Part shown: positions 1 through 8,913 of the stretch, one piece after another
Layout of the letters: every line of letters starts with the position of its first letter
How positions within the stretch are numbered: position 1 is the first letter of the stretch
DNA from: Gemmatimonadota bacterium
GTDB lineage: Bacteria > Gemmatimonadota > Gemmatimonadetes > Gemmatimonadales > GWC2-71-9
DNA length: 64,000 nt
Reading direction: 5' to 3'
Assembly: GCA_003223415.1 (NCBI GenBank)
Contig: QHUY01000044.1
Coordinates: 30,443-94,442, forward strand
Notes under the pieces: generated by a model
Told to the model about the DNA's origin: nothing
What the model saw: the letters and a program-made list of their open reading frames with translations, nothing else
The model's database searches: none
Made by a program: the position numbers and the translations under genes

Positions 1-1
1 C

Positions 2-184
2 GTGGCCGCGACGCGCCGCTACGCGAAGCGCCAGGACACATGGTTCAGAAACCAACTGCGCCGTCAGCCGTCAGCCGTCGGCCATCAGCTCGACGCAGTC
101 TGGACGCTGGATGCGACGCCGGCCCCGGAGGTTTTGGCGGAGATGATCCTTCAGCGGTGGCACACCAGGAGCTCTGACGACTGA
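2..184 (+). CDS. miaA: tRNA dimethylallyltransferase, C-terminal fragment (runs off window start)
   Basis: ATRRYAKRQDTWFRNQ matches the conserved MiaA C-terminal TRxYAKRQxTWFR motif. Confidence 0.85.
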   Translation: MAATRRYAKRQDTWFRNQLRRQPSAVGHQLDAVWTLDATPAPEVLAEMILQRWHTRSSDD

Positions 185-203
185 TGGCTGATGGCTGACG
201 GCT
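60..203. repeat. Inverted pair of heptamer tandem arrays (GCCRTCR)x4 ... (CTGAYGR)x4
   Basis: 60-87 GCCGTCA GCCGTCA GCCGTCG GCCATCA; 174-201 CTGACGA CTGATGG CTGATGG CTGACGG is the reverse-complement family. Confidence 0.9.
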
Positions 204-208
204 CACCC

Positions 209-1354
209 ATGCGCATCGGCATCACGTGCTATCCCACCTATGGCGGCTCCGGGGCCGTCGCCACTGAGCTCGGCCTCGAGCTGGCGCGGCGGGGACACGA
301 GGTGCACATCATTTCCTACGCGAGCCCGTTCCGGCTGCGGGGCTTCGCCGAGCGAGTGACCTTCCACGAAGTCGCGCAGACCGAGTATCCCCTGTTCGAG
401 CAGTCGTCCCCGTACGCGATGGCCCTGGCGGTGAAACAGCACGAGGTCGCGATGCGCGAGCACCTCGACCTGATGCACGCGCACTACGCGATCCCGCACG
501 CGGCCGCCGCGTGGCTTGCCAAGCAGATGTTGAAGCCCGAGCGCGACCTCAAGGTCGTCACCACCCTCCACGGGACCGACATCACACTGGTTGGCCAAGA
601 CCCCTCCTACTTCACGATCACCAAGTTCTCGATCGAGCAGTCGGACCGGGTGACCGCCGTGTCCGCCTACCTGCGGGACGAGACCTACCGCGCGTTCGGC
701 TGTACCGGTTGCGACGTGGTCGTGATCCCGAATTTCGTTTCCACCGCTGAGTATCACCCGCCCCGCCCCCCCCCCTCCCCCGCCGACCGCACCTGGCGCC
801 ACGCGCTCGCCCCCGCCGATCACAAGGTGCTCGTCCACGTCTCGAACTTCCGCCCGGTCAAGCGCGTGACGGATGTGGTGCGCGTGTTCGCGGGGGTGCG
901 CCGGCAGCTCCCCGCAACGCTCGTGCTCGTCGGGGACGGTCCCGACCGCGACGCCGCCGAGCAGGAGGCCGACCGCCTCGACTTGCGACGCGAAGTCCGC
1001 TTCCTCGGCAAGGTGGACAACGTGGCCGATGTCCTGCGGGGTGGCGACCTGTTTCTGCTGCCGTCCCAGACCGAATCGTTCGGGCTCGCCGCGCTGGAGG
1101 CGATGGCGTGCGCCGTGCCGGTCCTGGCAAGTGCCGTGGGGGGCCTGCCCGAGGTGGTGGTCGAGGGGGAGACGGGCTTCCTGACGCCCGTGGGCGATGT
1201 GGACGGGATGATCGACCGTGCGCTCCGCGTGCTGCGCGACGACGCGTTGCACGCCCGCCTGAAGGCCGGCGCGGCGCACCGCGCGCTCGAGTTCGCCGCC
1301 GACCGGATCGTGCCTCGCTACGAGCAGCTGTACGAGGACGTTCTGCGTGATTGA
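209..1354 (+). CDS. bshA: N-acetyl-alpha-D-glucosaminyl L-malate synthase (GT4, bacillithiol synthesis)
   Basis: MRIGITCYPTYGGSGAVATELG, HAHYAIPHA, TTLHGTDITLVG, SNFRPVKR, ESFGLAALEAMA; ATG at 209 preferred over the repeat-derived ATG at 191. Confidence 0.92.
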   Translation: MRIGITCYPTYGGSGAVATELGLELARRGHEVHIISYASPFRLRGFAERVTFHEVAQTEYPLFEQSSPYAMALAVKQHEVAMREHLDLMHAHYAIPHAAAAWLAKQMLKPERDLKVVTTLHGTDITLVGQDPSYFTITKFSIEQSDRVTAVSAYLRDETYRAFGCTGCDVVVIPNFVSTAEYHPPRPPPSPADRTWRHALAPADHKVLVHVSNFRPVKRVTDVVRVFAGVRRQLPATLVLVGDGPDRDAAEQEADRLDLRREVRFLGKVDNVADVLRGGDLFLLPSQTESFGLAALEAMACAVPVLASAVGGLPEVVVEGETGFLTPVGDVDGMIDRALRVLRDDALHARLKAGAAHRALEFAADRIVPRYEQLYEDVLRD

Positions 1355-2171
1355 CCTGGTTCGGCTCGTCCGCGTCCACAACCTGCTCGTGGCGGCCGCC
1401 GGCGTCCTGGCCGGTGGATGGATCGCTCTCGGTGAGTTCACCATCCCGCGCGTCCTTGTCTTCGCCGCCCTCGCCGCGGTGGGGTTCGGGGCGGCGGGGA
1501 ACGCGCTCAACGATCTCTGGGACGTCGCGGCCGACCGGGTAAACCGGCCGGGGGGCGAGCGGCCGTTCGCGGCTGGCCGGCTCCGCCGCGGCACTGTGGA
1601 GTTGTGCGCGTTCCTGGGCGTGCTGCTCGGCGTCGCCGCCGCGGCGCTCGCGGGCGCCGGCCCCGTGCTGGTCGGGCTGCTCGCCTTCGCCGTGATGGCG
1701 GCCTACTCCCCGGCGCTCAAGCCGCGCGGCGTGCCCGGGAATTTGGCCGTGGCGGCCATTGCGGGACTGCCGCTGTTCTACGGTGCGCTCGCGGTGGGGC
1801 GCCCGGCTTGGGGCGTGGTGCCTTGGCTGCTGGCCGCGTGGATTCATCTCGGCCGGGAGCTTGTGAAGGACCTCGAGGACGAAGCCGGCGACCGCCTCGC
1901 CGGCCGGCGCACCCTGCCGATCCGGCTGGGACGGGCACGGGCGGCGCTGGTCGCGGTCGTGGCGCTCGATACTTTCGTGCTGGCGAGCCTCGTGGTTCCC
2001 TGGGCCGCGGGCTACCGGGCCGTCTATTTTGCGGTCGCCGCGGTGGCGCAGCTGGTGGCGCTCCTGGCGGCCGTGCGGCTGCGCCGAGGGCGGATCGCGC
2101 GGGTCAGTCTGGCGCTGAAGCTCGCGATGGTGGTGGGCATCGTGGCACTCGTCCTCGGGCGACCGGCATGA
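1347..2171 (+). CDS. UbiA-family prenyltransferase, DGGGP synthase-like
   Basis: Multi-TM; Asp-rich motifs NDLWDVAADRVNRP and RELVKDLEDEAGD; YS..LK motif. Confidence 0.8.
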   Translation: MIDLVRLVRVHNLLVAAAGVLAGGWIALGEFTIPRVLVFAALAAVGFGAAGNALNDLWDVAADRVNRPGGERPFAAGRLRRGTVELCAFLGVLLGVAAAALAGAGPVLVGLLAFAVMAAYSPALKPRGVPGNLAVAAIAGLPLFYGALAVGRPAWGVVPWLLAAWIHLGRELVKDLEDEAGDRLAGRRTLPIRLGRARAALVAVVALDTFVLASLVVPWAAGYRAVYFAVAAVAQLVALLAAVRLRRGRIARVSLALKLAMVVGIVALVLGRPA

Positions 2172-2950
2172 CGCTGTGGCAGGGGATCGTGCTCGGGCTG
2201 GTGCAGGGGCTCACGGAGTTTCTCCCCGTGTCGAGCTCCGGTCACCTCGCACTGGTCGAAGCGCTCACGGGCGTGAAGACGCCCGGGGTGTTCGTTGAGG
2301 TGATGCTGCACGTCGCGACGCTCGGCTCGGTCCTGCTCGTCTACGGAAGACGGCTTGGCCGGATCGCCCTGGGCGCGCTGCGCGGGCAGCCGGAGGAACT
2401 GCGCTACGTGGGATACCTCGTCATCGGCACGATTCCGGCCGGCATCGTTGGGGTGCTGCTGCATCGTGTGCTCGAAGAGCGCTTCCACGCCCTCGTCTAC
2501 GTCGGCTTCGGGTTTTTTCTGACCGGGATCTTGCTCTGGTCCACCCGTCGCCGCCATGGCGAGCGCCCGCGTCCGACCGCGGGAACCGCCTCGATCGTCG
2601 GCCTGGGCCAGGCCTCCGCCGTCCTGCTCCACATGTCCCGGTCCGGGTCCACGATCAGTGCGGCGCTATGGGCGGGACTCGAGCTCGGAACCGCAGCGGA
2701 GTTCAGCTTTCTGCTCTCGGTTCCCGCGATCCTCGGCGCCGCGCTCATCGAGGGGCGGCACATGAGCGTGAACGTAGGCGCGGTCGGCGCGCTGCCGCTG
2801 GCCGCTGGGTGCCTCGTGGCGCTCGCGAGCGGCGTGTTCGCCATTCGATTCCTGGTCGCCCTGATCACCAAAGGCCGCTTCTACGCCTTCGCGCCCTATT
2901 GTTGGACCGTCGGCGTGTTCACCATCCTCTACGCGCTGTGGCGCGGCTAG
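2168..2950 (+). CDS. uppP: Undecaprenyl-diphosphate phosphatase (BacA)
   Basis: LGLVQGLTEFLPVSSSGHL and SRSGSTI, AAEFSFLLSVP; ATGA overlap at 2168. Confidence 0.92.
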   Translation: MTLWQGIVLGLVQGLTEFLPVSSSGHLALVEALTGVKTPGVFVEVMLHVATLGSVLLVYGRRLGRIALGALRGQPEELRYVGYLVIGTIPAGIVGVLLHRVLEERFHALVYVGFGFFLTGILLWSTRRRHGERPRPTAGTASIVGLGQASAVLLHMSRSGSTISAALWAGLELGTAAEFSFLLSVPAILGAALIEGRHMSVNVGAVGALPLAAGCLVALASGVFAIRFLVALITKGRFYAFAPYCWTVGVFTILYALWRG

Positions 2951-3696
2951 AGCTGGACGGTGTTCCGGCCGCGCGCCTCGCCCAGCGGTGGGGCGTGCCG
3001 CAGTGCGGCGTGTTCCAGCGACTCCCTTCCAGTCTTGACGCGATCCACGATCTCGGTGCCCAGGGCGCACCGGCCGGCACCGTCGTGCTCGCCGAGGAGC
3101 AGACGGCGGGGCGGGGCCGGGACGGCCGCACGTGGCACTCGGGGGCCGGCGGGGTCTGGCTCGGCATGTTGTTCCGCCCGGCACAGACCGACCTGAGCGC
3201 ATTTTCCCTCCGTGCGGGGCTCGTGGTCGCCGACGTGGTGGACGAGCAAGCCGGCCGGACGCTGGCACGCCTCAAGTGGCCCAACGACGTCGTGGTCGGC
3301 GATCGCGGCCGCAAGCTCGCGGGCATTTTGTGCGAGGGGCGCTGGCAGGGTGAGGCGCTGCAGTGGCTCGCGCTGGGGATCGGGGTGAACGTTGCGAACC
3401 CGATCCCACCGGCCCTCGCCGACCGCGCCGCGACGCTGACCGAGTTCGTACCGGCGGTGCGACGTCTCGACGTGCTCGACGGCCTGGTGCCGGCGCTGAC
3501 CCGCCTGGCGGCGCATGGCCTGCGGCTGACCGATGCCGAGTGTGCGGCCTTCGCCGAACGCGACTGGCTCCGCGGCCGTCAATTGCGCACGCCGTTGTTC
3601 GGCCGCGCGGCGGGCGTGCGTGCCGATGGAGCGCTGCTCGTCGACACCGGTGTGGCCACTGCGGGGGTCCGCGAAGGACATGTCGAGCTCGCCTGA
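2938..3696 (+). CDS. birA: Biotin--[acetyl-CoA-carboxylase] ligase
   Basis: AEEQTAGRGRDGRTW, LKWPNDV, KLAGIL, GIGVNV; in-frame GTG at 2938 (start inferred). Confidence 0.88.
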   Translation: MARLELDGVPAARLAQRWGVPQCGVFQRLPSSLDAIHDLGAQGAPAGTVVLAEEQTAGRGRDGRTWHSGAGGVWLGMLFRPAQTDLSAFSLRAGLVVADVVDEQAGRTLARLKWPNDVVVGDRGRKLAGILCEGRWQGEALQWLALGIGVNVANPIPPALADRAATLTEFVPAVRRLDVLDGLVPALTRLAAHGLRLTDAECAAFAERDWLRGRQLRTPLFGRAAGVRADGALLVDTGVATAGVREGHVELA

Positions 3697-4600
3697 TGTG
3701 CGCTGGCGGTGGCGCCTCGCGCTGGCGACGGCGCTGCTGGCGCTCGCGTGGGGCGCTCCACGCCTGGGCGGCGTCCTCGCGGCGGCGGGCGCGACCGCCG
3801 TGTCGCTCAGCGCCGGCATAGCGGCCCTCGCCGTGCTGCTCCTCGCGCGCCAGCAGCTCGGGCTCTGGTCCGACGGCCCGCGTGCCGGCGCACCCGAGCC
3901 GCTGCGCGGACTGGCGGTCGGGTGCGTGCTGGCCACGACGTTGCTGGCGGACGGGAACGTCGCGCGCGCCCGTGGGCTGTGGGCCGGCGACTGGTCCGCC
4001 GTTGCGGCGCTGCTCGCGGGAACGGCGGCCTGGGGCGCCGTCATCGCGCGTGGCGGCCAGGCCACGCTGTGGCGCTGGTATGCGCTGGCCGCCGCCGTCG
4101 CCCTTGTGCCCGTCACCGCGACGATCGTCGTACTGCGCCCCGCCATAGCGGTCGGCCCCTTCCTCGGCGCGATGCTGTTCTTCGCGGCCGTGGATGCCGC
4201 GGTGCTGCTGGTGACGGAGGAGCTCGCCTTCCGACGAGCGCTCGTGGGGCGGCCTTCCGCGGCCGGCCTCGGGTCCATCGCGTTTGCAGCCGTCGTCTTT
4301 GGGCTGTGGCACGTCGTCCAGCCTGGGTACGGTGGCTCGCCGCTATGGAGCTTCGTCGGTATCTCCCTTGGCGGGTTCATCACCGGGTGCCTGTACGTCC
4401 TCTCCGACTCGCTCACCGTCGCGGCGGCCTACCACGCGTTGCACAACGCCCCCCTCAAAGCGCTCGATGGTGCGGTGGTCGCCGCCGGGCAAGGCCGAAT
4501 TGCCAGCACGCTCGGTCTCACGCTCTCCGCCACGCTCGCCCTCGGCCTCGGTTGGCTCGTGGGGCGGCGTGGCGGCGCTGCGCGCGCGTCTCTATCTTAG
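3680..4600 (+). CDS. CPBP/CAAX-family intramembrane glutamic endopeptidase
   Basis: Hydrophobic protein with EELAFR, FGLWH and HALHN motifs. Confidence 0.75.
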   Translation: MSSSPDVRWRWRLALATALLALAWGAPRLGGVLAAAGATAVSLSAGIAALAVLLLARQQLGLWSDGPRAGAPEPLRGLAVGCVLATTLLADGNVARARGLWAGDWSAVAALLAGTAAWGAVIARGGQATLWRWYALAAAVALVPVTATIVVLRPAIAVGPFLGAMLFFAAVDAAVLLVTEELAFRRALVGRPSAAGLGSIAFAAVVFGLWHVVQPGYGGSPLWSFVGISLGGFITGCLYVLSDSLTVAAAYHALHNAPLKALDGAVVAAGQGRIASTLGLTLSATLALGLGWLVGRRGGAARASLS

Positions 4601-4607
4601 CGCGCCC

Positions 4608-5387
4608 ATGCTGCTCACCCTGAATATCAACAACACTGAGACCAAGGTCGGGTTGTTCCGCGGTCCCCAGCTCGAGACCCACTGGCGTCTCACCACGCTC
4701 CCGGTGCGCACTCCCGACGAGTGGGCCGCCGCCATCACCGCCTACCTCACCCAGGCCGGCCGCTCGCCCGCCGAAGTGCGGGCGGCGATCGTCGCCTCCG
4801 TGGTGCCGCCGGTGACGCAGGCGGTCCTCGAGGCCGTCGAGCGCGCCACCGGCCGCAAGCCCGCCGTGGTGGACGGGCGCGCGAAGCTCCCGATCACGCT
4901 CGACGTGGACGAGCCGCTCACGGTAGGGGCCGACCGGATCCTGAATACCCTTGCCGCTTCCACCCTCTTCCATCGGGACACCATCGTGGTGGACTTCGGT
5001 ACCGCCACCACCTTCGACTGCATCACGGCCGACGGCCGCTTCATCGGCGGCGTCATCATGCCGGGGGTGCGCACGGGGGCGGACGCGCTGATCGCTCGCA
5101 CCGCCAAGCTCCCTGCCACGGAGCTCACCCCGCCGGAACGGGTGATCGGCCGCCGCACCGAGGACTGCATCCGGGCCGGCGTGCTGCTCGGCGCGGCGGA
5201 CGCGGTGGACGGTCTGGTGCGACGCATCAGGGCCGAGTGGCCGGGCCAGAAGACGCCGCTCGTCGTCGCCACCGGGGGGCTCGCCGACCTGGTCGCGCCC
5301 CTTGCCAAGGAGATCGAGGCGGTCCACCCCGACCTCACCCTGACGGGGCTGCAACTCGCGGCGCAGGCGCTCGGCCTGTCGTGGTGA
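4608..5387 (+). CDS. coaX: Type III pantothenate kinase
   Basis: LNINNTETKVG, SVVP, VGADR, VVDFGTATTFD, GGVIMPG, VATGG. Confidence 0.92.
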   Translation: MLLTLNINNTETKVGLFRGPQLETHWRLTTLPVRTPDEWAAAITAYLTQAGRSPAEVRAAIVASVVPPVTQAVLEAVERATGRKPAVVDGRAKLPITLDVDEPLTVGADRILNTLAASTLFHRDTIVVDFGTATTFDCITADGRFIGGVIMPGVRTGADALIARTAKLPATELTPPERVIGRRTEDCIRAGVLLGAADAVDGLVRRIRAEWPGQKTPLVVATGGLADLVAPLAKEIEAVHPDLTLTGLQLAAQALGLSW

Positions 5388-6307
5388 GCGATGCCCGGGC
5401 GCTGAACGCCTGGCGGCGCTGGGGCTACCGGCTGCTCCCCGGCGAAGTCTTCTCCTACATCCTCCACATGCGCCCCGCCGAGTGGCCGATCATGGCGGGG
5501 CACACGGCCCTGGGCTATGTCCTGGCCGTCGGCATCAGCGGTGTGGTCCGTGGTGCGGGGTTGGGGCCGGCGCTGTGGGCCCTGGCGCTCTGGGTAGTTT
5601 TCCTGAACGGCGGGACGCTGGCCATCAACAGCGTCTTCGACAAAGACGAGGGCGACATCGGCTACCTCGTGGTGCCGCCTCCCCTACCGCGCTACCTCGT
5701 CGCCTTCAGCGTCGCCCTGCTGGCCGGCGGCCAGCTGCTCGCCCTCACGCTGCCGCCCGCCTTCCAGATCGACTACGCGATCTGCTTCGTACTTTCCGTG
5801 CTGTACTCCGTGCCGCCGTTCCGATTCAAGGCGGTCGCCGGCGTCGATTGGGTGATCAACATGTGGGGGTTCGGCACCCTCACGCCCTACGCCGCCTGGG
5901 CGGCAACCGGGCGGGTGCTCGACCTGGGGCACGCGCTGATCCTGCTCGCCTTCTGCCCGTTGTTCGCGGGGCTCTATCCGCTCACTCAGCTGTATCAATT
6001 CGACGAGGACCACCGCCGCGGCGATCGCACGCTCGCGCTGATCCTCGGCATGCGGCCGAGCCTCAATATCGCCATCGGCTGCATCGTGCTCGCCTTCGCG
6101 CTGTTTGGCGCGGCGGCACACCGGTTGGGGACCGGCGGCTGGGCGCCGGCGCTGCTGGTGCCGCTGGCGGCCTGGCTGACGGTGCTCCTCCCATGGCGCG
6201 CGGGACACGCCAGCTGGACGGCGGCGCGCCATCAACGCGGCATGTACCGGGCGCTCGCGGCGTGGGCGATGACGGATGTCACGGTCTTGCTGGTATTTGC
6301 CCGATAG
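5384..6307 (+). CDS. Second UbiA-family prenyltransferase
   Basis: Multi-TM; NSVFDKDEGD, YSVPPFRFK, YQFDEDHRRGDRT; GTGA overlap with coaX. Confidence 0.78.
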   Translation: MSDARALNAWRRWGYRLLPGEVFSYILHMRPAEWPIMAGHTALGYVLAVGISGVVRGAGLGPALWALALWVVFLNGGTLAINSVFDKDEGDIGYLVVPPPLPRYLVAFSVALLAGGQLLALTLPPAFQIDYAICFVLSVLYSVPPFRFKAVAGVDWVINMWGFGTLTPYAAWAATGRVLDLGHALILLAFCPLFAGLYPLTQLYQFDEDHRRGDRTLALILGMRPSLNIAIGCIVLAFALFGAAAHRLGTGGWAPALLVPLAAWLTVLLPWRAGHASWTAARHQRGMYRALAAWAMTDVTVLLVFAR

Positions 6308-6318
6308 GCCGGCGCTGC

Positions 6319-6394
6319 TAGTGCCGTTCCAACTATTCTGGCCGGGAGAAGCCCTCGTATGGATGCTTCGGGCAAACAGGTTGGAACGGCGCTA
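6319..6394. mobile_element. MITE-like element, copy 1 (13-bp TIR GTGCCGTTCCAAC, TA duplication)
   Basis: c-TA-GTGCCGTTCCAAC (6321-6333) ... GTTGGAACGGCGC (6380-6392)-TA-g; same TIR recurs at 39736-39787. Confidence 0.75.
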
Positions 6395-6439
6395 GATTTA
6401 GCTCTCGCGCTTCCTTAGAGTCCCAGGAGACTTCCCAGA

Positions 6440-7087
6440 ATGATGACCAGCACGACCTCCGCGGCCCCTCCTCCTGCGGCAGCGGATCGCTCGGACTTCC
6501 GCAATATCATGCTCAGCGGCACCAAGGTGGGGCTGGTGGCCGGCGTGGCCGTCCTGGTCTACACGGCCCTGTTCCGCGCGATCCCAGCCGGGCTGGCGCG
6601 CGAGGTGGTCGAGGCTGTCGTGGTCCTCGCCACGGCGACGCTGGTGAGCTTCCTCCCCGCGCAATGGGTAGTCGCGCGCGGCAGCGAGGGGATCGCGGGC
6701 GCGGCGGCGGTGGGGCTGTGGGGAACGATCGTGTTCACGGCGATCGACATCGTCGTGCTGCGACCCGCTAACCACCTGGTCACGATCTATCCGTGGACGT
6801 GGGACGCCGTAGGCGGCCTCAGCACCTGGTGGTATCTGCCAATCTGGTGGATGCTGGGGACGTTCGTCGCGTGGATGGGCGGCATGCTCACCGCCGGCCG
6901 CGCCGCTCGAGCGGGGGACAGCCCCACGCTCCAACGCGTCGCCGTGCCGGTGGTGGCGGGCGCGGCACTCATCGCGGTGATCGGGCGCATCGCGGGCTGC
7001 CCGGTCATGCTGCCCGTCACCGCCGGGGGAGGATTCACGCTGACCCTCACGGTGCTCGCGGTCGCCGCCGTCGCCCGGAAGGCGTGA
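6440..7087 (+). CDS. Hypothetical integral membrane protein
   Basis: AGGAG SD at about 6425; about 6 hydrophobic segments; coding-like GC3. Confidence 0.7.
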   Translation: MMTSTTSAAPPPAAADRSDFRNIMLSGTKVGLVAGVAVLVYTALFRAIPAGLAREVVEAVVVLATATLVSFLPAQWVVARGSEGIAGAAAVGLWGTIVFTAIDIVVLRPANHLVTIYPWTWDAVGGLSTWWYLPIWWMLGTFVAWMGGMLTAGRAARAGDSPTLQRVAVPVVAGAALIAVIGRIAGCPVMLPVTAGGGFTLTLTVLAVAAVARKA

Positions 7088-7104
7088 GCCGGGAGGGAGC
7101 GGGG

Positions 7105-7389
7105 ATGCCCCGCTGGCTGGCTCACCTGCTGGTCGTCGTCGGATGGCTCCTCACGCCCGCCGTGGCGTGGGGGGCTTCGTATTTCGGGCTGTGGCTCGGC
7201 GCGCTCGTCGCCGTGCGGCTCAGCCACCCGCTCGTGATGCTCGCCACCGCCGTCGGCGTCGCCGCCTTGTCGGGGTTCGGCGCCCTCTGGGCGTGGGTCC
7301 GTGTCATGCGCCGGGTCCCGCATCTACTCTCCCACCACATGGCTCCCCGCGCCTCCGAGGAGCGGGCTGCGATTGCGGCGGCGGACTGA
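7105..7389 (+). CDS. Small hypothetical membrane protein
   Basis: GGAG SD before ATG; two hydrophobic segments; GTG 7084 is an alternative start. Confidence 0.6.
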   Translation: MPRWLAHLLVVVGWLLTPAVAWGASYFGLWLGALVAVRLSHPLVMLATAVGVAALSGFGALWAWVRVMRRVPHLLSHHMAPRASEERAAIAAAD

Positions 7390-8362
7390 CTTCCTGCGTG
7401 GAGCGGCCCTGGTGGTCGCCTTCCTGCCCGCCACACTCGCAGCCCAGCGCCGCTCCCTGGAGGCCCATTACGGCCGCTGGCTGAACGGCAACGACGCCGC
7501 GAGCTACGAGGTTCGCTCCAGCGCGCCGCTGTCCGGAGGAGAGACGCTCACGCACGGCTTCGGCGTCACGGTCCTGGTGCACGACAGTCTGGGTCGCCAC
7601 CGGGCCTTCTACGGATTCGGTTACGAGCTTCAGGCGTTCCGCCACCGCGCCACGCTCGGTCCCTACGCGCTGCTCGGCGTCGAACTCGGGCTCTCCACCG
7701 ACACCACCCACCAGGAGCTCGGCGCGTTGTGGAGCGCAGGAGCGGGCGTTGAGTGGCGGCCCATCCCCCGCTTCGCGCTCGGTGCCGAGGCGCGCTGGCG
7801 CCTCGAAGATCGTGGTCCCCGCGGCTTCTGGCGGCCCGGGGGTGCCCATCGGGGGCTCGGCATTGCCATGGGCGTCTCGCTCGGTCTCGGGCGAGCGGAC
7901 CGCGGCGCGCTCATCGCTCCGTCGCGACGGCCGCCTGAGCCACCCGCGGAGATCACGGGAGGCGCGGCGGATGTGGTCCACACCGCGCTCAACGCGATCG
8001 GCGCGCCGTATCAGTGGGGGGGAACAGCCGAGAACGGGTTTGACTGCTCGGGACTGATCCAGTACGCCTACGCCCAGCAGGGCATCCGGTTGCCGCGTAT
8101 GAGCCGCGACCAGGCGATGGTGGGCAGCGAGGTGACGCCGGTTGTGGAAGCGCTCCAGCCCGGCGACATCCTGCTGTTCTCAGCGTTGCCGGGCGGCGGG
8201 GTCACGCACGTCGGGATGTATGTGGGGGAGAGAAAGTTCATCCACAGCTCCAATACGGGAGTGAGGCTCTCGCAGCTCGACCCACACGACCCCGAAGCGG
8301 CCTACTGGATGGCGCGGTGGGTGGGTGCCCGCCGCATCATCGGAGGGGGTGGAGGACAGTAG
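7373..8362 (+). CDS. Secreted protein: predicted beta-barrel-like N-domain fused to NlpC/P60 (C40) peptidase
   Basis: Signal peptide ending ATLAAQ; amphipathic strands; C-terminal PYQWGG-FDCSGL, HVGMY, FIH triad; TTG start after GAGGAG inferred. Confidence 0.8.
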   Translation: MRRRTDFLRGAALVVAFLPATLAAQRRSLEAHYGRWLNGNDAASYEVRSSAPLSGGETLTHGFGVTVLVHDSLGRHRAFYGFGYELQAFRHRATLGPYALLGVELGLSTDTTHQELGALWSAGAGVEWRPIPRFALGAEARWRLEDRGPRGFWRPGGAHRGLGIAMGVSLGLGRADRGALIAPSRRPPEPPAEITGGAADVVHTALNAIGAPYQWGGTAENGFDCSGLIQYAYAQQGIRLPRMSRDQAMVGSEVTPVVEALQPGDILLFSALPGGGVTHVGMYVGERKFIHSSNTGVRLSQLDPHDPEAAYWMARWVGARRIIGGGGGQ

Positions 8363-8782
8363 ATGGGGCTCCGGGCGCTTCCCTTCACAGCCGCTCTGGT
8401 CCTGGGCGCTTGCTCCACCGGCCGGCAGCCGGCTCCCTCGACCACGGGCCCTCGCACGCTGCGCGGCTACATCCTCGTCGTCCCGATGCGGGATCTCCTC
8501 GACAGCACGCTTGCCAACCTGCTCCGGCGCCGGGGCTTCCGGGTCTGGCCCGACGTTCGGGGCGGGAGTGGCCCGGCGGCCGCCCTCGTCTCCTTTACCT
8601 TCCGGGACGCGAGCTCGGAGAGCGGTCGTTGGCTGCACGCCCGTTTCTTCGATACCCGCACCGGGGCGACCGTGGCGGCGGCCTCCGTGCCCCTGGATAC
8701 CCTCCCCAACGACGCCCGCCTTCACGCGCAGGCTCTGGTCCAGGCCTTGCTCGCCGAGCCCGCGCCGTCACCCCCGCCGTAG
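8363..8782 (+). CDS. Hypothetical lipoprotein
   Basis: Lipobox LGAC after hydrophobic stretch; GGAGG SD. Confidence 0.65.
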   Translation: MGLRALPFTAALVLGACSTGRQPAPSTTGPRTLRGYILVVPMRDLLDSTLANLLRRRGFRVWPDVRGGSGPAAALVSFTFRDASSESGRWLHARFFDTRTGATVAAASVPLDTLPNDARLHAQALVQALLAEPAPSPPP

Positions 8783-8790
8783 GCCCCCTC

Positions 8791-8819
8791 TTGACATGCT
8801 GGCGAGGGTGGGAGAGATT
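8791..8819 (+). promoter_or_regulatory. Sigma70-type promoter for groESL
   Basis: TTGACA (8791) - 17 nt - GAGATT (8814). Confidence 0.65.
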
Positions 8820-8832
8820 CCACGCAGGCCGG

Positions 8833-8859
8833 TTAGCACTTCTCTCATGAGAGTGCTAA
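8833..8859 (+). promoter_or_regulatory. CIRCE element (HrcA operator)
   Basis: TTAGCACTt-N9-GAGTGCTAA, one mismatch to consensus, upstream of groES. Confidence 0.92.
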
Positions 8860-8913
8860 TAGGCATGCGTCATATGGACTTATGCACCATTTCCGATGTG
8901 GAGGCACGGACTC

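Noticed and set aside
209-1354. Bacillithiol gene in a diderm as a novelty
   Set aside because: bsh genes are already known outside Firmicutes
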